A stretch of DNA of 32,000 nucleotides from Hyperthermus butylicus DSM 5456 (GTDB taxonomy: Archaea; Thermoproteota; Thermoprotei_A; Sulfolobales; Pyrodictiaceae). The notes beneath the pieces were generated by a model. The model did not search any database. It saw only the letters and a program-made list of their open reading frames with translations, and had not been told where the DNA came from. Numbering within the stretch: position 1 is the first letter of the stretch; every line of letters starts with the position of its first letter. Shown piece after piece: positions 17,223-25,690 of the stretch. Location: assembly GCF_000015145.1 (NCBI RefSeq), contig NC_008818.1:270001-302000 (forward strand). The letters run 5' to 3'. The position numbers and the translations under genes are program-made.

Positions 17223-17420
17223 CTATAACAGGGATGGTACTAAGATGCTGCGGCTTGCGTTACGGGGTAGACTAGCCTCGGCCCCACGCCTATCTCTCTG
17301 CCCATACCCTTGGCGTGAGCAGCTCGGGTCAAGTTCTACAGCACTGGCACCAGCCTCCTCAGCAGCTGCGAGCCTCGAGAACTCCTTGGTGCCTCCAGCG
17401 ATGCTCACTACTACGGGGAG
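17223..17420 (-). pseudogene. Remnant of a class-1 dihydroorotate dehydrogenase-like (PyrD/DHPD family) gene
   Basis: Minus-strand reading gives LPVVVSIAGGTKEFSRLAAAEEAGASAVELDPSCSRQGYG, compared with PyrD P(V/I)xxSIxG...AGAdaiELNxSCPn. An in-frame TGA lies immediately upstream. After a frame change it continues REIGVGPRLVYPVTQAAAS*. Only about 300 bp separate carB from the next ORF, so the gene cannot be intact. Confidence 0.45.
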
Positions 17421-17493
17421 TCAGGCCCGGCTGCGGCCGGAGCACACCCATTCTCCTCTAAAATCATCAAGCCGGCAGCGCGTGTACTGGATG

Positions 17494-20400
17494 CTAGAAT
17501 GGCTCCACGTTGGGGCCCCAGTACTCGCGTAGCTCGAGCGCCTCGAGATTCTCCAGGCCTACCCGGTTGATGGCCTCGGCGAGCATCCTGGCTAGCCGTG
17601 CGTCGAGCACCACGGGCACCCCAAGGTCTACCGCTAGGCGGCGCACCCTGTAGTCGCGCTGTGGCGCATAGTCCGTGGTCATTAGGAGGCCTACACCGCC
17701 CATCCTTACGAGGCGTAGTGCCTGCTCCAGCGGCAGCGGCTCAGCACCATCCACCTCCATGCCCTCTATGGTGTATACCGTGTAGCCCTTCTCCGTCATC
17801 AGCTTCGCTGCCTGGGATAGGTCGCTGCTGCCCCTGCCAGTCGGCGTGTATATGAGTACTATGCTGCCGGCCGGGGGTATCCTGTTGCCCTGGACGCTCA
17901 GCCAGCTCTTGAGCAGGGCTTCGTGGAGTGTGCGGCCGAGCGCTGCTACCTCGCCGGTGCTCCTCATCTCGGGGCCTAGGCCTGGATAGGCGCCCCGGAG
18001 CCTCTGCCAGCTCGGCTGGGGGCTCTTGACGCCCCACCACCCGGTGGGCCTCAGCAGCTTGAAGCCGTCGGCCCCGTTGAAGCCGTAGCTTATCCTTCCC
18101 CTGAGTGCTGCTTCGGCAGCTGCGCGCATGAGGTTGTAGCCGGTGACCTTGCTTGTGAAGGGCATTGATCGGCTTGCGCGGAGGTTTAGCTCGACCACGT
18201 AGACGCTACCATCCTTGACTAGGAACTGTATGTTGAATGGGCCCTTGATTTCTAGCACCTCGTTGAGGGTCTCTGCTATGCGTATCATCTCCCGCACAGC
18301 TGTCTCAGGCAGGCTGAACCAGGGGATAACCATTGTCGAGTCGCCGCTGTGCACACCGCCAGGCTCAACGTGCTCTATCACAGTGCCCACCGTGCGGCGG
18401 CTATCACCGACAGCGTCTATCTCCGCCTCTACAGCGTCCTCGAGGAACTTGGAGACAACCACTGGGTAGCGTGGCGACACCCTTGCGGCCTGCTCTATGT
18501 AGCTCTTCAGCTCCTCGGGGCTCCACGCGATCTTCATCGCTGAGCCACTTAGCACGTAGCTTGGACGCACCAGGACCGGGTAGCCCACGCTCTCCGCGAA
18601 CTTTAGAACCTCCTCGATGCTCGAGGCTGCTGTCCAGCTCGGCTGCTTTATGCCCAGCTCCTCGAGGAGCTGGGAGAACCAAGCGCGGTTCTCGGCTCGG
18701 TCCACACTCCTGCCCGGTGTGCCGAGGAGTCTGACGCCGCGCTCCTCCAGCGGCTTGGCGAGATTGTTTGCTATCTGGCCGCCGAGGAAGGCTATCACGC
18801 CGACCGGCTTCTCGAACCAGTATATGTCGATGACCCTTTCGAGGGTTAGCTCCTCGAAGTACAGCTTGTCGCTTATATCCCAGTCTGTGGATACCGTCTC
18901 GGGGTTGTAGTTGACTATTACCACCTCGTAGCCGAGGCGGCGCGCCTCATCGGCGAAGCTTACTACGCCCCAGTCGAACTCGACCGAGACACCAATACGG
19001 AATACGCCAGCACCCAGCACAATGAGCCTGGGGCGGCCAGTTGTTATGGGCTCGTCATCCTCGTAGGCATTGTAGCTCATGTAGAGATAGTTTGTCGCTG
19101 CAGGCCACTCGGCTGCGAGCGTGTCGATCTGCCTGACGCGGGGCCTGTCGAGACCTATGCTTCTACGTGCCTTCTCTACCTTCTCAACAGTGGTGCCGGT
19201 GAGCAGTGCCACCTGCTCGTCGCTAAAGCCTAGCCGTTTAGCCTCAGCAAGCAGGTCGAGGAACTCGGAGCTCCAGGGCTTTGTGCGCCGCAGCTTCTCC
19301 GCGACCTCCACGATCTCGCGTATCTGGCTGAGGAAGTAGGGGTCTACACCGGTAGCCTCGTAGACCTGCTCGACGCTAGCTCCGAGCCTGAATGCTTTCG
19401 CAGCCCATATGGGCCAGTATGGCTCTCGGCGCCGCAGCTTGCCTAGAACCTCCTCTAGACTCTCAGGCTCCTCGTACCTCGGGCCTGCGACGACCCCCGG
19501 TTCTCCTATGTCGAGCATGCGTATAGCCTTCTGGAGCGCCTCGGCGAAGTTTCTACCTATCGCCATTACCTCGCCTATGCTCTTCATTTCGCTGCCAATA
19601 CTCTTCTCCACGCCCTCGAACTTCTCCAGGTCCCATCGTGGCACCTTAACTACGACGTAGTCTAGGCTTGGCTCGAAGCAGGCGCACGTCCTCTCAGTGA
19701 CACGGTTTAGTAGCTCGTCGAGCCGGTAGCCGAGTGCGAGCTTTGCAGCAATGTATGCTAGCGGGTAGCCCGTCGCCTTGCTCGCCAGGGCGCTGCTACG
19801 GCTCATACGCGGGTTAGTCTCTATCACATAGTACTCCCAGCTGTCACGGGGGTTGAGCGCCAGCTGCACGTTACCCTCTCCCACGAGGCCTATAGCTTCG
19901 GCAACACGCAGGCTTGCCTCGCGCAGCAGCTGGTACTCCTGGTCGGTGAGCGTCTGGCACGGAGCTATGACCACGGATTCTCCCGTGTGGACGCCCATTG
20001 GGTCGGCGTTCTCGAGGCATGCTACTGCAACCATGTTGCCATACTGGTCGCGTACAACCTCGTACTCTATCTCCTTCCAGTAGTGGAGGTACTTCTCGAC
20101 GAGGACCTCGCCAGTGCCAGAGAACGCGAAGGCGCGAACAAGCCAGCGCTCCAGCTCCTCGCGGCTCCAGGCTACTAGGCTTCCGCCACCGCCGAGGTTG
20201 AAGCTGACGCGGACTATGACCGGGTATCCTATCTCGTTGGCAGCCCTAAGCGCCTCCTCGACGCTCGTGGCAGGGGTGCTGGGTGGAACCGGGAGGCCAG
20301 CCTTCATCATGGTTTCGCGGAACTTGCCGCGCGAGAGAGCCTTCTCAATACCCTCTATAGGGGTGCCCAGGACCCGGATCCCGTACCGGCTCAGGATACC

Positions 20401-20715
20401 ACGGCGGTGCAGCTCCACGCCAAGGCTAAGCGCTGTCTGGCCACCGAAGCCTAGCAGTATCGCGTCCGGCCGCTCGCGCTCAATAACCTTCTCGACAAAC
20501 CATGGCTGGAGAGGGCCAAGGTAGACATGGTCTGCGAGCTTGTAGCTCGTCTGAATGGTTGCAACGTTCGGGTTTACCAGTACCGTCTCTATACCCTCCT
20601 CGCGCAGGGCTTTCAGCGCCTGACTGCCACTATAGTCGAACTCTGCAGCCTCAGCTATCTTTATGGCGCCGCTGCCCAGCATCAGTACCTTCCTAACATC
20701 TATCCTCCTAGGCAT
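17494..20715 (-). CDS. carB: Carbamoyl-phosphate synthase large subunit
   Basis: The match is unambiguous: VLMLGSGAIKIAEAAEFDYSGSQA, two ATP-grasp halves, and a C-terminal MGS-like domain. I prefer the ATG at 20715 (MPRRIDVRKV), preceded by aaggggtgg, over the track start at 20736. Confidence 0.95.
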   Translation of the reverse strand: MPRRIDVRKVLMLGSGAIKIAEAAEFDYSGSQALKALREEGIETVLVNPNVATIQTSYKLADHVYLGPLQPWFVEKVIERERPDAILLGFGGQTALSLGVELHRRGILSRYGIRVLGTPIEGIEKALSRGKFRETMMKAGLPVPPSTPATSVEEALRAANEIGYPVIVRVSFNLGGGGSLVAWSREELERWLVRAFAFSGTGEVLVEKYLHYWKEIEYEVVRDQYGNMVAVACLENADPMGVHTGESVVIAPCQTLTDQEYQLLREASLRVAEAIGLVGEGNVQLALNPRDSWEYYVIETNPRMSRSSALASKATGYPLAYIAAKLALGYRLDELLNRVTERTCACFEPSLDYVVVKVPRWDLEKFEGVEKSIGSEMKSIGEVMAIGRNFAEALQKAIRMLDIGEPGVVAGPRYEEPESLEEVLGKLRRREPYWPIWAAKAFRLGASVEQVYEATGVDPYFLSQIREIVEVAEKLRRTKPWSSEFLDLLAEAKRLGFSDEQVALLTGTTVEKVEKARRSIGLDRPRVRQIDTLAAEWPAATNYLYMSYNAYEDDEPITTGRPRLIVLGAGVFRIGVSVEFDWGVVSFADEARRLGYEVVIVNYNPETVSTDWDISDKLYFEELTLERVIDIYWFEKPVGVIAFLGGQIANNLAKPLEERGVRLLGTPGRSVDRAENRAWFSQLLEELGIKQPSWTAASSIEEVLKFAESVGYPVLVRPSYVLSGSAMKIAWSPEELKSYIEQAARVSPRYPVVVSKFLEDAVEAEIDAVGDSRRTVGTVIEHVEPGGVHSGDSTMVIPWFSLPETAVREMIRIAETLNEVLEIKGPFNIQFLVKDGSVYVVELNLRASRSMPFTSKVTGYNLMRAAAEAALRGRISYGFNGADGFKLLRPTGWWGVKSPQPSWQRLRGAYPGLGPEMRSTGEVAALGRTLHEALLKSWLSVQGNRIPPAGSIVLIYTPTGRGSSDLSQAAKLMTEKGYTVYTIEGMEVDGAEPLPLEQALRLVRMGGVGLLMTTDYAPQRDYRVRRLAVDLGVPVVLDARLARMLAEAINRVGLENLEALELREYWGPNVEPF

Positions 20716-20748
20716 TCCACAGCCACCCCTTGCCATGCACCATCAGGG

Positions 20749-21915
20749 CTAGACGGCTTGTCGAGACTTGGTCTCCTCGATGAGCTTGAGGAACAAGTCG
20801 AAAACCCATGTGGAGTCCCAGGGGCCCGGCCCGGCCTCAGGGTGGAACTGTGTAGCTACCACTAGCCCGTCACGCGAACGTACTCCTTCGAGTGTACCGT
20901 CATCGGGCTGGCGGAACCACGGTATGAGACCGGTTCCGTCAAGGCTATCCCAGTCAATAGCATAGCCGTGGTTGTGCGTGGTAACCATGCAGCGGCCAGT
21001 GCCAAGCTCGACGACCGGCTTGTTTACTCCGCGATGGCCGTAGGGGAGCTTGTAGGCGCGTGCACCGAGGCCTAGAGCTAGTAGCTGCATGCCGAGGCAT
21101 ATTGCTAGGACTGGCTTACCCGAGGTGGCAACCTCGGCTGCTGTCCTAGCCTGGCTTCGGAGGAGGGCGGGGTTCCCGGGCCCGTTACTCAGTACCACGG
21201 CGTCGTAGCCGTCTAGGAGCTGCCAGGCAGGAGTCGTACACGGGTAGCGGGTCACCTCGATGCCGCGCTCTAGGAGGCGCCGCAGTATGCCATACTTTAC
21301 TCCACAGTCGAGCAATGCTACACGTGCTCTAACCCTACCCCTGGGCCTATGTACTATGGGCTTCCTAGGGCTGACCTCGAGAGCAAATATCCTCTCGTCG
21401 TAGGATTTCGATGATACCAGCTTCCGTGCAAGCTCATCCCAGCCCGGGGGCTCCTCGCCATCCCTGTAAACCGATATTATGCCCATTACAACGCCATACT
21501 CGCGTATCCGCTTCACAAGAAACCTTGTATCGACACGGTATATTCCTGGTACGCCCTCGCTCCTCAGCCACTCGTGGAGACTCATTACGGATGCGTAGTG
21601 GCTAGGCTGCGGCAGTTCTGCTACCACGAACCCTTCCACCTGTATGTGGTCCGACTCGTAGTCGACTGGGACGCCGTGGAGTTGCCTGTCTCTACTCGGA
21701 ACACCATAGTTGCCTATCATCGGGTGTGTCTCCACGAGTATCTGACCACGGTAGCTTGGGTCGGTGAGGCTCTCAGGGTACCCGGTCATGGCCGTCGTAA
21801 ATACAACTTCGCCGACACGGGTTGCCTCTGCGCCAAAGCCGCAGCCCTCAACAGCAACACCATCGGCTAGTAGCAGCCTTGCACGCAGACTCGTCTTACA
21901 CCTAAGGAGGGGCAT
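20749..21915 (-). CDS. carA: Carbamoyl-phosphate synthase small (glutaminase) subunit
   Basis: Diagnostic stretches are VVFTTAMTGYPESLTDPSYRGQILV, the GATase nucleophile context LAICLGMQLLA, and HNHGYA. I prefer the ATG at 21915 (MPLLRCKTSLRARLLLADG) over the track GTG at 21945. Confidence 0.93.
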   Translation of the reverse strand: MPLLRCKTSLRARLLLADGVAVEGCGFGAEATRVGEVVFTTAMTGYPESLTDPSYRGQILVETHPMIGNYGVPSRDRQLHGVPVDYESDHIQVEGFVVAELPQPSHYASVMSLHEWLRSEGVPGIYRVDTRFLVKRIREYGVVMGIISVYRDGEEPPGWDELARKLVSSKSYDERIFALEVSPRKPIVHRPRGRVRARVALLDCGVKYGILRRLLERGIEVTRYPCTTPAWQLLDGYDAVVLSNGPGNPALLRSQARTAAEVATSGKPVLAICLGMQLLALGLGARAYKLPYGHRGVNKPVVELGTGRCMVTTHNHGYAIDWDSLDGTGLIPWFRQPDDGTLEGVRSRDGLVVATQFHPEAGPGPWDSTWVFDLFLKLIEETKSRQAV

Positions 21916-21935
21916 TCTATAGACTTTTATATCGC

Positions 21936-23333
21936 CTATTTGCACTCGTCAAGCACCTCTCTGGCTGTTTTTACGAGGTTTTCCCACGTGTTCACGAAGC
22001 TGGTTCTAATCGAGTGGAGGAGCTTCATGTCATGTTCTACTCGTTCACGCGGCTTAGCCATGTCTAGGTCAGCCCTGCACCCGGTGTGCCTCATGGAGGT
22101 TAGCTCTGATGGACTGGTTACGCCTAGCTTCTGGAAGAGCTCGCTGATCTTACCGTCTCGGAGCTTCATAGCGACTTCGCGGTAGGCTTCGCGGAGAGGC
22201 ATGCCAGTCCTAAGCGCGAGGAGTTCGGCCAGCTCAGCGCCCCATGCAATGTAGCTTTCTGCAAGCTTGCTGAGTCTCTCCAGGTCGAACTCCATGCTGG
22301 AGAATAGGTCTGCGAGTATGCGGCTGGACTCCGCTGCGTCGCGCAGGATCGTGTAGAGGAGCGGGTTTGCCTCCTGCAGGTCGAGGTTATAGCCGTAGGG
22401 GAGCCCCTTCTGTATGGCTAGGAGGCCAGCTGCAAGGCCTGCTGCTCGGGCTGCACGCGCACGAAGCACTTCTAGGGTGACAGGGTTCCTCTTGTGCGGC
22501 ATAATACTGCTGGTTGCAACGTGGCTCTCTGGTATGCGGACAGCTGATACGTACGGGGTGGAAAGTAGCACAAGGTTCTCCGCTATGCGTGAAGCCTCGA
22601 CAAGCAGTGCTGTTGCTGCTAGCGCGGCGGCCGTAACGTCCAACCTGCTGCCAGTAGCGTAGAGGCTATTCCCGAGGACGCCACTAAACCCGGTGAGGCG
22701 GGCGAGCTCCTCGGGGTCTATTGGTGCTAGTGTCCCGGCTCCAGCGCTGGCGCCAAGGGGGCTTCTATCGACGAGACCGATGACGCTGTAGAGTAGTTTG
22801 TAGGCGGAGGCGAGCGCCTCCTCCCAGGCGAGAAGGAGACAGTCAAGGGTTGCAAGCTGGCTCGGCTGCTGATGCGTATGGAATAGAACGGGGGCACCGC
22901 GATGCTTCTCTGCTAGCTCGATGAGGCGGAGACGTGCCTGGAGAAGCCAGTATAGAGTGTCGATAATCTTATTGATCGTGTAGAGGCGGAGAGCGGCTGA
23001 GACGTGGTCGTTTCGGCTCCTGCCAATCCAAATGTAGGCTGATTCGCCCCCGGTTTTCTGTGCAAGCCAATCCTCAAGCGCTTCAAACACATCCTCGTAT
23101 CCGGGCCCTAGCAGTTCACCAGGCTTCTTTTCGAGGGCCTCCAGGAGGACACGTAGTGTTAGGCATGCAGCCCTACGGGGGATTATCCCGCGGCGGTACA
23201 GGTGGAGCGTATGGGCGATAAGGATGTATACTACATAAGTGTATATTTCATTGTCGTGGCCTATGCTCGAGGTGTAGTCGTAGACTATTGCAGAGTCTCC
23301 GCTGAGGCCAACGGTCTCTCGGTACCTAAGCAA
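21936..23333 (-). CDS. argH: Argininosuccinate lyase
   Basis: Fumarate-lyase family signature SSIMPHKRNPV is present, and IGRSRNDHVSAA. The track start (23507) overlaps argG by 94 nt. I prefer the TTG at 23333, preceded by gagggtggtggg, with a GTG at 23393 as an alternative. Confidence 0.88.
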   Translation of the reverse strand: MLRYRETVGLSGDSAIVYDYTSSIGHDNEIYTYVVYILIAHTLHLYRRGIIPRRAACLTLRVLLEALEKKPGELLGPGYEDVFEALEDWLAQKTGGESAYIWIGRSRNDHVSAALRLYTINKIIDTLYWLLQARLRLIELAEKHRGAPVLFHTHQQPSQLATLDCLLLAWEEALASAYKLLYSVIGLVDRSPLGASAGAGTLAPIDPEELARLTGFSGVLGNSLYATGSRLDVTAAALAATALLVEASRIAENLVLLSTPYVSAVRIPESHVATSSIMPHKRNPVTLEVLRARAARAAGLAAGLLAIQKGLPYGYNLDLQEANPLLYTILRDAAESSRILADLFSSMEFDLERLSKLAESYIAWGAELAELLALRTGMPLREAYREVAMKLRDGKISELFQKLGVTSPSELTSMRHTGCRADLDMAKPRERVEHDMKLLHSIRTSFVNTWENLVKTAREVLDECK

Positions 23334-23413
23334 TAACCCACCACCCTCGCGGCGTACCGTCCTATTATCAATCTTACTGAACCCGCAGACCACCAGCAGG
23401 CATTGCAGCCAGG

Positions 23414-24604
23414 TTAGCCCCAGAGGCTGCGCGCCTTGGCTGCAGCAAGACTGTGAAGGCTCCATATGGTTATGAAGCCGCGGGCCTCCTCGTCGCTCGG
23501 ATACCAACCATGGTTGTAGTCTATGGCTTCGCGGCTGTAGCCACTGTATGGGCTCCAGCGGCCTACAACCATGAGGCTACCCTTGTACACCTTGACCCTG
23601 ACTGTTCCTGTCACCCAGCGGTTTAGCTCGTCTATAGCCTTCTCAAGGGTGGCTCGCAGGGGCTCCACCCACAAGCCCTGGTATACGAGGTCGCTCCACT
23701 CCTGGTCTAGGATCCGCTTGAACCTTAGCTCCCTGGGCGTGTACACGGTCTTCTCGAGGTCCCTATGGGCCTCTATCAGTGTAAGCGCTGCCGGGGCCTC
23801 GTAGACCTCCCTGCTCTTGAGCCCGACTACGCGGTTCTCTATGTGGTCTATCCTGCCGTAGCCGTACGCGCCTACCAGCCTGTTGAGGAGCGATACTATC
23901 TTGGCTAGGTGCATCTTTTCCCCATTAATCGAGACCGGTATACCCTTCTCGAAGCCTATCTCGAGGTAGAGGGGCTGATCGGGAGCCTTCTCGGGCGCGA
24001 CAGTCCACGCAAACGCGTCCTCCGGAGGCTCAGCCATGGGGTCGTCGAGTGGGCCTCCCTCGATGCTTCTACTCCACAAGTTCTCGTCGATGCTATAGGT
24101 CTTGTGGAGTCCTGGTGGCTGGAACCCGTTCCTCCTCAGTATCTCGGCCGCCTTGGCGCGGGTGAGTCTGAGCTCGCGAACCGGCGCAATAATCTTGATG
24201 TCATCGCCAAGATAGTATTTCAGCATAGTGTCAAACCTCACCTGGTCGTTACCCTTAGAGGTGCAGCCGTGGGCTACGGCATCAGCACTCTCCTTCCTAG
24301 CTATCTCCGCGACCTTCTCAGCTATGAGGGGGCGTGCAAGTGCCGTGCCGAGAGGATACTTGTCCTCGTAGAGGGCGTTAGCCTTTATAGCCATGGATAT
24401 GTACTTCTCCGCGAACTCTTCCACAGCATTAACAGTGTAGTGCTTGGAGGCGCCAAGCTTGTAGGCTCTCTCCTCAACCTCCTCCAGGTCCTCCTCCTGG
24501 CCAACCGAGACAGTCACTGTGACAACTTCATGGCCTTGCTCGCGGAGAAGCACGAGTATAGCTGATGTGTCAAGGCCGCCCGAGTATGCGAGCACAACCT
24601 TCAA
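23414..24604 (-). CDS. argG: Argininosuccinate synthase
   Basis: [14 protein letters not shown] (P-loop-like AYSGGLDTS), [13 protein letters not shown], and a typical length of 396 aa. The start is TTG. Confidence 0.95.
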   Translation of the reverse strand: MKVVLAYSGGLDTSAILVLLREQGHEVVTVTVSVGQEEDLEEVEERAYKLGASKHYTVNAVEEFAEKYISMAIKANALYEDKYPLGTALARPLIAEKVAEIARKESADAVAHGCTSKGNDQVRFDTMLKYYLGDDIKIIAPVRELRLTRAKAAEILRRNGFQPPGLHKTYSIDENLWSRSIEGGPLDDPMAEPPEDAFAWTVAPEKAPDQPLYLEIGFEKGIPVSINGEKMHLAKIVSLLNRLVGAYGYGRIDHIENRVVGLKSREVYEAPAALTLIEAHRDLEKTVYTPRELRFKRILDQEWSDLVYQGLWVEPLRATLEKAIDELNRWVTGTVRVKVYKGSLMVVGRWSPYSGYSREAIDYNHGWYPSDEEARGFITIWSLHSLAAAKARSLWG

Positions 24605-24747
24605 TCCAGACGTACACCCTACAGCGCTGGAGGGCCCCGGTACCGGGAGTTAAGGGACATGCACCATTCATTGCGTATGAAGAAATATCTCTCTTGAATC
24701 TGTTTCACTCTGCACCAGGTGTTGCGGTTGAGAACGGTGGGCCATCC

Positions 24748-25464
24748 TTGACGGCTCAGAGCCTCTCGGAGATAGTGCGTAGGCTCGTAGACGCGGACCC
24801 CTGTGTCCGAGACTGCCTAGCTCGCGGGATAGTCAACTACTCCGAGCTGGCCCGCAGAATAAAGCCCCTGGTGGAAAGGGAGGCCAAGCGTGGTGCCAGC
24901 CTGGAAGCCGTGAAGGCGGCCCTTGTACGCTACGCGTCGAGGCTGCGGGAGCAGAACATTCAGACACCGCAGAGGCGGCTACTCGAGGTTCTAGCTAAGA
25001 GCGCTCTCGAGCTCCGTACAGGGGTAACAGTTGCAACAGTCAGGCTCCACGCGCTACCCCGGCTCGTCGAGGCCGCGGCAGCGCTCGTGGGACGTACAAG
25101 GCTGCTATTCCTCATGCAGAGCATCGCAAGTGTAACCATAACAGTGAGCAGCGAGTACTTCGACTACATAGAGCAGCGTGTTGGCCGCGAAAACTTCATC
25201 GAGGTCTACCCCGACCAGGCGGTACTAGTGATAGTCAGCCCGCCAGCAGTGGTCGAAACACCCGGGTTCACAGCATACATAACAAGTATCCTCGCACGGA
25301 ACGGGATAAACATCAACCAGATAGAATCAGTCTACACCGACACTATACTAGTACTCAGCCTAGATGATGCACTAAGGGCTTTCCAGCTGCTACGCGAGGC
25401 AATAGAGGTTGCCAAGAGGAGTCTGAGAGAATACGAGAAAGGACAGGCAGCAAACACCGAATAA
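24748..25464 (+). CDS. ACT-domain protein with an N-terminal HTH-like region (COG2150-type predicted amino-acid-metabolism regulator)
   Basis: The N-terminus is SLSEIVRRLVDADPCVRDCLARGIVNYSELARRI. The C-terminus is ACT-like: VLVIVSPPAVVETPGFTAYITSILARNGININQIESVYTDTILVLSLDDA. The track start at 24565 overlaps argG. I prefer the TTG at 24748, but the start is uncertain. Confidence 0.7.
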   Translation: MTAQSLSEIVRRLVDADPCVRDCLARGIVNYSELARRIKPLVEREAKRGASLEAVKAALVRYASRLREQNIQTPQRRLLEVLAKSALELRTGVTVATVRLHALPRLVEAAAALVGRTRLLFLMQSIASVTITVSSEYFDYIEQRVGRENFIEVYPDQAVLVIVSPPAVVETPGFTAYITSILARNGININQIESVYTDTILVLSLDDALRAFQLLREAIEVAKRSLREYEKGQAANTE

Positions 25465-25690
25465 CAATATTTATGTAAAAAACTACTTGCAATAGCATCA
25501 TGCAGAACAGTCAAAAGCAGTGCCTTGGCAGTTTAGCTTGTCAGCGATACTATCTCCTCGCTCTCAGCCTTCCACAGTGCAATGTCGACGAACTTGCTGT
25601 AGTCCTGGAACATTAAGTTATTGTTCCCGTCTAGTGCCTTCCAGCTAGTGACGCCGTAGCAGTTCTCCGCTATTACTGGTAGAATCTTAG

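Noticed and set aside
17598-20700. Numerous 60-136-aa ORFs on both strands within carB (for example 18333..18734 and 20114..20524). Similar ORFs occur inside cdc48, argH, argG, the hydrolase and the ABC genes.
   Set aside because: These are shadow ORFs typical of G+C-rich coding DNA. Their translations are low-complexity R/P/S/A-rich, and they are fully nested in strongly supported genes.
23334-23507. The long 5' extension of argH, which overlaps argG by 94 nt.
   Set aside because: The extension ([24 protein letters not shown]...) has no lyase similarity. An SD-preceded TTG at 23333 gives a normal-length ArgH.
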